From NCBI GenBank assembly GCA_038850285.1, contig JAWCMA010000001.1:27880-91879 (forward strand): 64,000 bases of DNA. Reading direction: 5' to 3'. The DNA is from Methanocellales archaeon (lineage in GTDB: Archaea > Halobacteriota > JAWCLZ01). Each line of letters begins with the position of its first letter. Positions within the stretch are counted from its first letter, which is position 1. Of the stretch, positions 55,779 through 64,000 are shown piece after piece. Both the position numbers and the translations under genes were made by a program. Under the pieces are notes generated by a model. That model searched no databases. It had not been told where the DNA came from and saw nothing but the letters and a program-made list of their open reading frames with translations.

Positions 55779-56957
55779 ATGGCAAGCATCGAAGACCGAG
55801 TCCTTCTACTACTTTCAATCAAAGAGCCTGGGAAGAAAATCGATTTTGAGCATATAAGGGAAAAGATAGTTAGAGATGAGAAATCAAGGGATAAATCAAG
55901 GGATAAATCAAGGGATAAATCAAGGGATAGAGATACGATAGAGGATACAATAGAGAATGCAGCAGGTGGTTTAGTTAATGAATTGAAGAAGTGCCTTGAA
56001 ACTCTAGCGAGGCAGGGGTTAATTAAGGAAGAAAGAGGCAGCTATGCTATAACTGAGAAAGGGGAAAGGAGAATTCTAGAGCGGTTAAAGCAAGTGGGCG
56101 GGGATTTGAATCTATCCTATCGCTTGGTCTTGAAGGCCAAGAAATACTATCCAGTTATTGGAGAAGCAATGCTTCCATTCCTCAGGGATAGAGCTGTTAG
56201 TGTGATCAAAGTTTTCAGCGATGAAGTTGAGCCGTTGAGTAAAATAAAGCCACTCTTCGTTAGATATGCTCGCTATAAACCTATTCCAGTTTTCATAGAG
56301 ATCAAAGACCTTGAGACTTTATTGAGATACGTTGACCAACACGCCATTGATTTCATACCATATGTTCACAGACTTCAAGCTAGAGAGCCTGACTGGTTCA
56401 TCCTTGATCTCGACGCGGGTGAAGAACTTCAAAAGCACCCTATGAGTTTTGAGCTGATTAAAAATGTGGCTCAAAAGGCAGTTGAGGTACTAGAGGAAAA
56501 TGAAATCGAGCCTTGCATAAAATTTAGCGGCTCGAGAGGGATTCAAATCTGGGCAAAGTTTGATAATAGCAAGCTTCAAAGCGAGGGGGATTTATTTGCA
56601 GTTTATAGAAGACTTGCTGTGACTGTGCAGCAAAAAACTGAGCAAAAACTTCAGAAGGAGTTTAAAAACTTGATCAACCCCAACAAGCCAATTACCACTT
56701 CCCAAGTTGCTAAGAAAGAAGAAAGAGCTGATCAAATTTTGATAGACTGGAGCTCTATGAAGCCAAATGGAGATGTTAGAGCGCCCTTCAGCATGCACTA
56801 TAAAACTGCTTTAATCTCAACTCCTATACCTAAATCACATCTCCTTGAATTTGAAATTCAAGAAGCTCAGCCTGAGTATGTGATGAGAAATCTAGCTAAA
56901 TTAACCTCCGCCTTTGAACTTAGAGCTTCTAATCCGACTAAGCTGCTGAGGAATTGA
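55779..56957 (+). CDS. LigD-type polymerase/primase domain (AEP superfamily PolDom) with an N-terminal wHTH-like region and a KSRD×4 low-complexity linker
   Basis: The three PolDom motifs are read directly: WFILDLDAGEE (DxD), IKFSGSRGIQIWAKF (SGxRG) and ILIDWSSMKPNGDVRAPFSMH (IDWS...APFS). The ATG at 55779 was chosen; the ORF track's upstream extension overlaps the ligase start. Confidence 0.8.
   Translation: MASIEDRVLLLLSIKEPGKKIDFEHIREKIVRDEKSRDKSRDKSRDKSRDRDTIEDTIENAAGGLVNELKKCLETLARQGLIKEERGSYAITEKGERRILERLKQVGGDLNLSYRLVLKAKKYYPVIGEAMLPFLRDRAVSVIKVFSDEVEPLSKIKPLFVRYARYKPIPVFIEIKDLETLLRYVDQHAIDFIPYVHRLQAREPDWFILDLDAGEELQKHPMSFELIKNVAQKAVEVLEENEIEPCIKFSGSRGIQIWAKFDNSKLQSEGDLFAVYRRLAVTVQQKTEQKLQKEFKNLINPNKPITTSQVAKKEERADQILIDWSSMKPNGDVRAPFSMHYKTALISTPIPKSHLLEFEIQEAQPEYVMRNLAKLTSAFELRASNPTKLLRN
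55881..55928. repeat. 4 × 12-bp in-frame tandem repeat AAATCAAGGGAT encoding (KSRD)4
   Basis: Read directly within the PolDom gene. Confidence 0.9.
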
Positions 56958-56958
56958 A

Positions 56959-58197
56959 ATGAGGATATATAGCTTAAGCAGTAGCAATAGATGTGTCTTC
57001 TGCAAGGGATCTAAATTCCTCTGCGGCAAAGAGCGATGTCCCATTCTTGTGAAGCTATATGCGCAGCAGCAAACTAAGCCATTGATCGATTCCCTGAGTT
57101 TAGAGGGCTCCTCACCCCCTGGGGTTTTCATTGGTAGAATTGGCTATCCCTATGTTTCAATAGGTCCTTTAGTTCCACCTATCCAAGGTGATACTTTTCT
57201 ATTAGATACCCCTGAGCTCTGGGTGGGCAAGAGCATAGATGAAATAGTGAATTTCAGATTCCAGCTCGTTAGAGGGAAATATAGAGTGAATGTGAGAAAC
57301 GTTGAGGGTGAAAGGATAGTTGAGGCTACTCGAGAACTCGCTATGGCTTTAAACCCAGCTGATGTGGAGGTTGAGTTTCATAAAAAACCCCGGGTAGAAA
57401 TAGCGCTTGATGATGAAGTGCAGCCTCACGGCCCGAGTGCACCTTTGAAGAAGATTGATGTAAATTCAATTAAAATAGACAGGAGAATTGAAAAAGCATA
57501 TAGCGATACTGATTTAAAGGCAAGTGAAGCGGTTTTGAATCTCTATAGAAGTGGAGTGTTGATATCCAAAATACAGCGTGCCTTCAGCGCAGGCGTATTA
57601 GGGGAGAAAAAAGCTAGGCGATTTGTGCCAACTAGGTGGAGCATCACCGCGGTTGATAGCATTATCTCAAGTACATTGATGGAAAGAGTTAAAGCAAATC
57701 CCTTGATAAATGAATTCCAAATTTATGAATCAATCTCACTTGATAATAGATTCATCGTGATCCTCATGCCATTTTCTTGGAGCTATGAATTAATTGAAGC
57801 TTGGTATCCAAATACAATTTGGAACCCAACTGGTAGAGAAACTGTGATATTCTCTGACCACGAGGGCTTCTCAGGGAGAACCACTTACGCGAAAATTGGA
57901 GGATGCTATTACGCCGCGAGACTAGCTGTTTGCGAATATCTTGAAAAAATAGGGAGGCAAGCTAGAGTATTAATTCTTCGGGAAGCGCATCCTGGCTATA
58001 TAATGCCAGTTGGCGTGTGGAATGTGCGGGAGAGTGTAAGAAATGCTCTTCGAAGCGCACCTCATAGGTTTAGCAGTTTGAGGGAGGTATTCAATTATAT
58101 CACAGCCAAGCTCTGCATACCTATTCAAAAGTGGCTGCTTCATAGTACGCTACTCAAGCAGCTGCTCCATCAAAGGACTCTTGAGGATTATACTTAG
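56959..58197 (+). CDS. nreA: NreA-like archaeal DNA-repair protein (DUF650/DUF651 architecture)
   Basis: 412 aa with an N-terminal Cys cluster CVFCKGSKFLCGKERCP. It lies in a ligase neighbourhood, as nreA typically does. Confidence 0.45.
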   Translation: MRIYSLSSSNRCVFCKGSKFLCGKERCPILVKLYAQQQTKPLIDSLSLEGSSPPGVFIGRIGYPYVSIGPLVPPIQGDTFLLDTPELWVGKSIDEIVNFRFQLVRGKYRVNVRNVEGERIVEATRELAMALNPADVEVEFHKKPRVEIALDDEVQPHGPSAPLKKIDVNSIKIDRRIEKAYSDTDLKASEAVLNLYRSGVLISKIQRAFSAGVLGEKKARRFVPTRWSITAVDSIISSTLMERVKANPLINEFQIYESISLDNRFIVILMPFSWSYELIEAWYPNTIWNPTGRETVIFSDHEGFSGRTTYAKIGGCYYAARLAVCEYLEKIGRQARVLILREAHPGYIMPVGVWNVRESVRNALRSAPHRFSSLREVFNYITAKLCIPIQKWLLHSTLLKQLLHQRTLEDYT

Positions 58198-58206
58198 AGG
58201 GGAAAT

Positions 58207-59019
58207 ATGCAAGTGAGAATTAGGGAGATAAAATGTAAAACTGCACTCTCTCCCTCTCTTTTACCTGGCTATGACTATGCTTTAAATCCATATAGAGGCT
58301 GCGAGCATGCTTGCATATACTGCTATTCCCCCTCAGTGCTTAGATGCAGGGAAAAATGGGGGACATTTGTAGAGCCAAAGGTGAATATAGCTCGCGTACT
58401 ATCTCGAGAGCTAAGGGATAAGCCAAAGGGAGTTGTTGGAATAAGCAGTGTCACTGATCCCTATCAGCCTCTGGAGAGGAAATATGAGCTGACAAGGAGA
58501 TGCTTGGAATTACTTTTGAAGTATAATTTTCCCATCTCAATTCAAACCAAATCAGCATTAGTAATGCGAGACCTAGATTTGATCAAGCAGTTTTCTAATA
58601 AAGACGTTGGGTTAACAATCACCACCATTGAAGATGAATTGCGGAGGAAATATGAACCCATTGCGAGTAGCGTGAAAGAGCGATTGCTTGCTTTGAGAAA
58701 GATAGCTGAGTGTGGAATCACCAGCTGGGTCTTTATTGGTCCCATAATGCCATTTATAAGCGATAGAAATGGCTCTCTTGAAGAGCTGCTTAGAGCAATT
58801 GCAGATTCAGGGGTGAGCTACATCTTAATCGATAAATTGAGAATGAAGCCAGGGATCTGGGATAATATTGAAAAATTCCTCGTTGATTATGATGCAACAT
58901 TGATTCCTAGTTACAAGGAGATATTATTCAAGCGGGATGATAGTTACTTTATTAATGTGAGGCGTAGAGTAATGGAGCTATGCAAGCAGCTAGGTTTGAA
59001 GTGCGAGTCTTGCTTTTAG
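58207..59019 (+). CDS. Radical SAM protein of the spore-photoproduct-lyase / DNA-photolyase-like family (COG1533-like)
   Basis: CEHACIYC CxxxCxxC motif near the N-terminus; 270 aa; sits 9 nt after nreA. Confidence 0.6.
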   Translation: MQVRIREIKCKTALSPSLLPGYDYALNPYRGCEHACIYCYSPSVLRCREKWGTFVEPKVNIARVLSRELRDKPKGVVGISSVTDPYQPLERKYELTRRCLELLLKYNFPISIQTKSALVMRDLDLIKQFSNKDVGLTITTIEDELRRKYEPIASSVKERLLALRKIAECGITSWVFIGPIMPFISDRNGSLEELLRAIADSGVSYILIDKLRMKPGIWDNIEKFLVDYDATLIPSYKEILFKRDDSYFINVRRRVMELCKQLGLKCESCF

Positions 59020-59029
59020 GCATTAGCAT

Positions 59030-59215
59030 TCATTTCTTCTTCAAGCCCTTGAGCATTTCCTCGATTTTTGGCTCAGTAACGATGTGGCCTAGCAAGCGAA
59101 CCTCTACTTCAATGCTGCCGCATTTGGGGCATTTTTCAGGTCGCTCGACAGCTAAGAATTCGTGGCTGCATTTCTTGCATAGCCAGTTTGGCATAGGAGA
59201 AATATTAAGCTGCAA
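59030..59215 (-). CDS. Small Zn-ribbon protein (61 aa)
   Basis: CKKC...CPKCG. Confidence 0.4.
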   Translation of the reverse strand: MQLNISPMPNWLCKKCSHEFLAVERPEKCPKCGSIEVEVRLLGHIVTEPKIEEMLKGLKKK

Positions 59216-59272
59216 GGCTAATAAATATTTGGTAAAAATATTTGGTATATTTTTGGAATTAATCTAGGACTT

Positions 59273-59620
59273 TTAATTGAGGACTTTAAAGTCTTTCAAT
59301 TCGCTCTCCAGCTCGGCTTTCTTTTGATTTAATGCTTCAAATTCAGCATCGAGTTCATTTAACAGGGTTTTAAATGTCTTTTTCGCTACTTCGATGCTCT
59401 GGACGAAGCCTATGCTGACATAATTGTCCTTTATAGCTGTAAACTGAATCCCTTTTTTATTATCTATCCTCACCACTTTTTCAACTATTTTTGTAGAAAT
59501 TTCTTTCTCAAAAGTTACATCTAGGGTTATATTGCTTTCTGAAAAACAAGTGATTTTAAAATTGAAGCGAATTCCACTCTTTGGTAACTTATATTTATAT
59601 ATATTTTCCTCTTGCTGCAT
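59273..59620 (-). CDS. Hypothetical protein with a C-terminal coiled coil (115 aa)
   Basis: ORF only. Confidence 0.35.
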   Translation of the reverse strand: MQQEENIYKYKLPKSGIRFNFKITCFSESNITLDVTFEKEISTKIVEKVVRIDNKKGIQFTAIKDNYVSIGFVQSIEVAKKTFKTLLNELDAEFEALNQKKAELESELKDFKVLN

Positions 59621-60002
59621 TTCATCACTAAGCAGCTCAAATGAAATATAAATGTTTTAAAATTATTAAATTTTTGTTAAAATTATCAATTTTAAGAATC
59701 AAATTTGATATTATGTTAGTTTTTTCAATTTTGATAAAATTAATTTTAAGAATCAAGTTTGATTTTTGAATCAACAGCTTTATCTCAAGTCTAATTCAAA
59801 AATTTAATTTGGATTGAAATAATGCAAAGCACAGAAAGATATTATATAATTGGCTTGCTGTCCTTCACTATAGGAGAATTGATTCTCAGCTTGGTTGAAA
59901 GCGATTTCAAATTCCCCAGCTATATCGTAGTTTCCACCTTGTATACATATTTCTTCATAAAAGCTGCAAAAGCAGCGTTTAAAAAAGCCAAGACGAAAAA
60001 TT

Positions 60003-61310
60003 ATGAACTCTGAAGATGCAGTTTCAGATGCAATTGGATTCATTTCAATATTTGCCTTAACCATTGCCTCAGTGGGATTTATATTCACATTGAGCTTGCC
60101 TGAAATCCTCGATTCCCAAGAGGTTGTTAAACTACAAAATATTGAGCAAGCATTCACAGTGCTTGATTCAAAAATTAGCTTAAGCGCACTAGGCGAGTCA
60201 CCATCTCAAGTTGTAGCACTAGATACCTCCAGCGGAAGCGCTGCAATTTTAAGCGATAGTTCACTGAAAATCCTAATGCGTCAGAGCGGAGTGGATCATA
60301 TGATTTACAACAGCACCCTTGGAACTCTACTTTATGAATTAAATGGCGAAGAAATCGCATATGAAGGAGGCGGAGTGTGGAGGAAATATGCAAATGGAGG
60401 TGTGGTGATGGTAAGCCCTCCTGAGTTTCATTACAATGGCGAGACCCTTACCTTTCCAATTATAAGATTGAATGGCAGTGCTAGAGTTGCAGGTGGCATT
60501 GCAACACTGCATGCTAATTCAGAAGGGATAACTGTATTCTTCCAAAATACAACTGCAAATCCGCTATTCCAAAACCCTGTTTATGGGAGTACTACCATTG
60601 TAATTGTTAAAAGCAAATACTATAAAGCTTGGGCGGAGTATATGCAGGAGCGCACTGAATTTCATGGCGTGGTTGCTCACGATAATCTAAGCGAAGTAGC
60701 AGCTTATTTAAATTCAAGGCCAGCTCCATCGATGAACTTCACCATCCCGCTTGATATAATTGGTCTAAATACCTCTAACTCCACGCCAGTCAGCAATTTT
60801 ACATTTGAATTCTATAATGTGACCAGCAACTTCGAGCTTGAATTAATAGGCAGCAATTCTCAAGGAAGGAATTTGAGTATCACCATGCAAAAGAAATCAG
60901 GAGAGGGGACAGAGGGCATTGCGGTAGCTATATCTTATCAAGAGCAAGCCAAAGAAATTGAAAATTGGGAAGCAGTAAAATGGATTGCAATTGAAAATGA
61001 AACAGCCTTTATCAACCTTTTGAATACCTCCATAAATCTAAGTTATACAAGCAATGATAATTCCTGGAGCTGGCTCTATGAAGAGGTACCATATAATAAA
61101 AGCTATACCAAAGGCATGCAAATTGATCTACCCCTTGCAATTCAGCATTACTTCCGCTTGCTCGGCCCTACTTTCACATTTAATTATGGCTCAAAACATC
61201 AAGGATTTAATGAAACCTCGGGCAGGGTTTATCTTCAATATGAATGCATGCCTCCTGTGATTACCTTTTTACATATAGTGGAACATAAAGTGAATTTAAA
61301 TATAGTATAG
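60003..61310 (+). CDS. Archaeal type IV pilin-like surface glycoprotein (Pilin_N / class III signal peptide)
   Basis: N-terminal DAVSDAIGFISIFALTIASVGF matches the archaeal pilin N-terminal motif. The protein carries at least 15 N-x-S/T sequons. Confidence 0.6.
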   Translation: MNSEDAVSDAIGFISIFALTIASVGFIFTLSLPEILDSQEVVKLQNIEQAFTVLDSKISLSALGESPSQVVALDTSSGSAAILSDSSLKILMRQSGVDHMIYNSTLGTLLYELNGEEIAYEGGGVWRKYANGGVVMVSPPEFHYNGETLTFPIIRLNGSARVAGGIATLHANSEGITVFFQNTTANPLFQNPVYGSTTIVIVKSKYYKAWAEYMQERTEFHGVVAHDNLSEVAAYLNSRPAPSMNFTIPLDIIGLNTSNSTPVSNFTFEFYNVTSNFELELIGSNSQGRNLSITMQKKSGEGTEGIAVAISYQEQAKEIENWEAVKWIAIENETAFINLLNTSINLSYTSNDNSWSWLYEEVPYNKSYTKGMQIDLPLAIQHYFRLLGPTFTFNYGSKHQGFNETSGRVYLQYECMPPVITFLHIVEHKVNLNIV

Positions 61311-61355
61311 CTATTTCTAGAAAAGCTAATTGCCAATGAATATCTTTTTGAAATT

Positions 61356-61841
61356 ATGCATGCGAAAAGGCGCTTGAAGAGCTATAAATTCGATGGCGAG
61401 GTCAATTCCCTCTGGTACTGGCATAAAGTAAAAAATCCCATTCGAGTGATAATAAACTTTCTCGTGATCTACATCTGCCGCTTCATGCCCTCGCTCAGGC
61501 TAAAGAATCTGCTCTATCGCGCTATTGGGATTAAAGTGGGTAGAAATGTAGCTATAGGTCTAGGCGCAATGCTTGATATCTTCTTCCCGGAGCTTATTGA
61601 AATAGGTGAAAACAGCATAATTGGCTATAACTCAGTAATTCTTGCACACGAGTTTTTGATCAAAGAACTGCGCGTTGGCGAGGTGAAAATTGGCAGAAAT
61701 GTACTCATAGGGGCAAATGTAACCATTTTACCTGGAATTGAAATCAAAGACGGCGCAATTATATCAGCTATGTCTCTGGTGAATACAGATCTAACCTCAA
61801 ATTGCTTCGCCGGGGGAGTACCAGCTAGGGAGATAAAATGA
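61356..61841 (+). CDS. Hexapeptide-repeat (LbH) acetyltransferase
   Basis: Repeated [LIV]G.N..IG hexads (IGIKVGRNVAIG, IGENSIIGYNSVI, IGRNVLIGANVTI). Confidence 0.75.
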   Translation: MHAKRRLKSYKFDGEVNSLWYWHKVKNPIRVIINFLVIYICRFMPSLRLKNLLYRAIGIKVGRNVAIGLGAMLDIFFPELIEIGENSIIGYNSVILAHEFLIKELRVGEVKIGRNVLIGANVTILPGIEIKDGAIISAMSLVNTDLTSNCFAGGVPAREIK

Positions 61842-62422
61842 TGAAGCTCTGGGAGAAGCTTGTATCAGGGAAAGCGCTATCTATCATCGCAATTATAAAT
61901 GCAGGTGGAACTGCATTTGGATTCTATTACTATCGCCATCAACTAGCGGGCAGTTCACCCTGGCTATGGATCTTCATCCCAGACTGCCCGCTTTACACTC
62001 TTTTTTTCTTAATCTGGTATTTATTAACCTCAATCAAAAGGGAAAGTCATCTTTTCAGCCTTCTAACTGCAGCTGGCTTGATGAAATATGGATTCTGGAC
62101 CACATTGGTAGTCGCGCTATATCGCGATTATTTCCTCAGCTATAATTATCCCCTCTATGCCACTCTTTTCTTACTTCACATTGGCATGGCATTGGAGTCA
62201 ATTTTAATCCTGCCAAGCGTTGAAACCAGAAAAATGCAAGTTCTCGCCGTCCTCCTCTGGTTCCTGCTTAATGATTATGCGGATTATTATCTAAATACAT
62301 ATCCCTACATTCCAACTTCATTTTTAGATTTAATTAAAAATATCACCATAGCCTCTACCTTCGGATCCATAGCAATTGCAGTGCTCCTTGCAAAAAAACT
62401 TGCTCATCTACGCGCATATTGA
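61838..62422 (+). CDS. DUF1405-family membrane protein
   Basis: YYYRHQL...WLWIFIPDCPLY, with 4–5 TM segments. Confidence 0.55.
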   Translation: MMKLWEKLVSGKALSIIAIINAGGTAFGFYYYRHQLAGSSPWLWIFIPDCPLYTLFFLIWYLLTSIKRESHLFSLLTAAGLMKYGFWTTLVVALYRDYFLSYNYPLYATLFLLHIGMALESILILPSVETRKMQVLAVLLWFLLNDYADYYLNTYPYIPTSFLDLIKNITIASTFGSIAIAVLLAKKLAHLRAY

Positions 62423-63582
62423 ACACTTGCTTGCCAAAATCTCTCAAAAAATCTAGGATGAGCAACAGCGTGAATATGGGTATATTGAGCAATCGTGTTC
62501 TGCGCTATAATTCCATCTTTCTTTCCAGCAATTCCCTCCCCGCGCTTTACTTCAAATGCAAATTTTACATCATCCTCGACATATGCGCGGGAATAGTGAT
62601 ATTCATGGCCTCTTAAGATGTCGCCTTCCTCTGCAATTATGCAGTTCTCCCTTGCCCTTAACTCAACATAGCCTGCAAGTTTTTGCCCCATTTTAATATT
62701 AACGGGCACCACGCCTGCCATTTCATATCTCTTGCCTTTGATCTCTATCCATTGAGAAAGATAGATTAAACCCCCGCATTCGCCATATATTGGCATGCCT
62801 TCTTCAGCAGCTTTTTTAATGACCTGAAGCATTTGCTTATTCCTCGAGAGCTGCTCAGCATATAACTCTGGATACCCTCCGCCTATTAATAGTCCATTTA
62901 CCTCCGGGAGCTCATCATTCAAAGGAGAGAAATATATGATTTGAGCTCTCCTCTCAAGTTCTTCCAAGTTATAGGGATGATAAAAGCAAAAAGCTTGATC
63001 CCTCGCTACTCCAATTACAGGCTTATTTTCAACTTCCTTCTGAGTATTTTTAACTTCAAATTTGCATTCCCTTCCTAGCTTGATTATTCCCTCGATGTTT
63101 AAATATTGCGCGATCTCCAGGAGCTTTTCCACCCCTAGATTTAATTCATCTTCAAATCTAGCTCCAGCGAGCTGCTTTCTCTGGATCTCGACTTCTGAGA
63201 GGCGCGGTATTCTCCCCAGCAGGGTTTTCCCTGCTATAACTTTAATTGCTTCATTGCACTCAACAACAGCTATCACAGGTAAATTCAAAACCTCAGCAAT
63301 CTCCTTGCTTTCCGCGATATTTCTCTCGCCCTCGACCACTGCGAAGTCGAATTCATCCTTTTTCCTAGAATAAACATATCTAACTCCATTTCTGCCCATG
63401 GTGAAGATATCAAGGTTTTCCGCAGCTGTTTTCGCCAATAGAGAGGGATGACTTGGATGCGCGTAATCCGGGCCTGTTTTAAATGGCATCACTCTATAGC
63501 CCATATTTTTAAGCCTAGCTATCAACGCAAGTGCAATAGCTTTTCTCTGCTGGGTGTTGCCAGCTACCATGAATCCCTTCAT
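62404..63582 (-). CDS. cbiA: Cobyrinate a,c-diamide synthase (CbiA/CobB family) with an atypical nucleotide-binding loop
   Basis: FKTGPDY, and a GATase Cys in IYGECGGLIYL. The Walker-A position reads VAGNTQQRKA instead of GT.SGVGKT. The start was chosen at MKGFMVAG (ATGA overlap with cobQ). Confidence 0.7.
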   Translation of the reverse strand: MKGFMVAGNTQQRKAIALALIARLKNMGYRVMPFKTGPDYAHPSHPSLLAKTAAENLDIFTMGRNGVRYVYSRKKDEFDFAVVEGERNIAESKEIAEVLNLPVIAVVECNEAIKVIAGKTLLGRIPRLSEVEIQRKQLAGARFEDELNLGVEKLLEIAQYLNIEGIIKLGRECKFEVKNTQKEVENKPVIGVARDQAFCFYHPYNLEELERRAQIIYFSPLNDELPEVNGLLIGGGYPELYAEQLSRNKQMLQVIKKAAEEGMPIYGECGGLIYLSQWIEIKGKRYEMAGVVPVNIKMGQKLAGYVELRARENCIIAEEGDILRGHEYHYSRAYVEDDVKFAFEVKRGEGIAGKKDGIIAQNTIAQYTHIHAVAHPRFFERFWQASVQYARR

Positions 63583-64000
63583 CTCGCGCTTACCCCTGCT
63601 ATTTTGAAGATCTGGTCTATATCCACGCTGCACCTCACCAGATCTGCTAGTGCTTTAAAGGGATCTCTCTTTATACTGAGGTTAATATCAATATCTCTGC
63701 ATCCCTTTTGCTCCTTGAGGTACTGCAGAAAAGCCAGCCTAAAGTGTTCATTCTCAAATAAGCCGTGGAGATATGTCCCGAGAGTTAATCCTGAGTCATC
63801 GATGCAGCCATCGCTGCCAAAGATATGCCTCTTAGGTTGAGTTTCCGTCACTCCCATGTGTATCTCATAGCCCCATATATATCTATCCTTAATTCGACCT
63901 AAGATTGGCCCAAAGCCTCGAATTTTTTTGCGCACTTGCTTTGTTTGCTTTTCATAGCGCTCGAATCTAGTTAGAGCTGGTAGCAATCCGAGACCGCGAA
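63579..64000 (-). CDS. cobQ: Cobyric acid synthase CobQ, C-terminal GATase part (partial; continues past the window end)
   Basis: GYEIHMGVT and GTYLHGLFEN are CobQ-type GATase motifs. The ORF is open to the window edge. Confidence 0.7.
   Translation of the reverse strand, partial: RGLGLLPALTRFERYEKQTKQVRKKIRGFGPILGRIKDRYIWGYEIHMGVTETQPKRHIFGSDGCIDDSGLTLGTYLHGLFENEHFRLAFLQYLKEQKGCRDIDINLSIKRDPFKALADLVRCSVDIDQIFKIAGVSAR

Noticed and set aside
59804-60157. Minus-strand ORF 59804..60157 and plus-strand 59822..60013 near the pilin gene start
   Set aside because: They overlap each other and the pilin 5' end within an AT-rich region and carry no motifs. They are probably non-coding upstream sequence.

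Overview
Archaeal chromosomal segment (euryarchaeon-like), roughly 40% GC, densely packed with about 75 protein genes and 4 intron-less tRNA genes. There is no rRNA, no CRISPR array and no integrase or transposase. Most of the window is housekeeping: the PolD large subunit (which runs off the window start and is therefore absent from the ORF track), NMN adenylyltransferase, an archaeosortase–PssA–Psd lipid-anchoring trio, the branched polyamine genes speH and bpsA, tRNA-modification enzymes (MtaB, Trm1, a SpoU-family methyltransferase), diphthamide synthesis, GGGP synthase, NAD kinase, a UbiX/UbiD pair and the cobalamin genes cbiA and cobQ. Three things stand out. (1) Two divergently transcribed flavin/Fe-S oxidoreductase operons lie at 4.9–15 kb. 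On the plus strand, a truncated AOR-like protein, a 4-cluster ferredoxin, an HdrD-like protein, a tandem (two-FAD-domain) HdrA and MvhD follow the BamB-C-D-E-F gene order of tungsten class-II benzoyl-CoA reductase, but the BamB-like subunit lacks its pterin-binding catalytic domains. On the minus strand are a polyferredoxin and an HdrA–MvhD fusion carrying an unassigned C-terminal extension. (2) A DNA-repair neighbourhood at 52–59 kb comprises an HhH/P-loop NTPase of unknown family, an ATP-dependent DNA ligase, a divergent LigD-type AEP polymerase domain (with an N-terminal wHTH-like region and a KSRD×4 repeat), an NreA-like protein and a radical-SAM SPL/photolyase-like protein; no Ku is present. 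(3) A small coiled-coil protein family occurs in three copies, one of them fused to a membrane domain. The sequence is also peppered with 20–35 bp tandem duplications at gene boundaries, and an (AAAAAT)~10 run sits in the gap between hdrA–mvhD and nadM. Functional calls rest on motif-level recognition and gene order only; no database searches were run.
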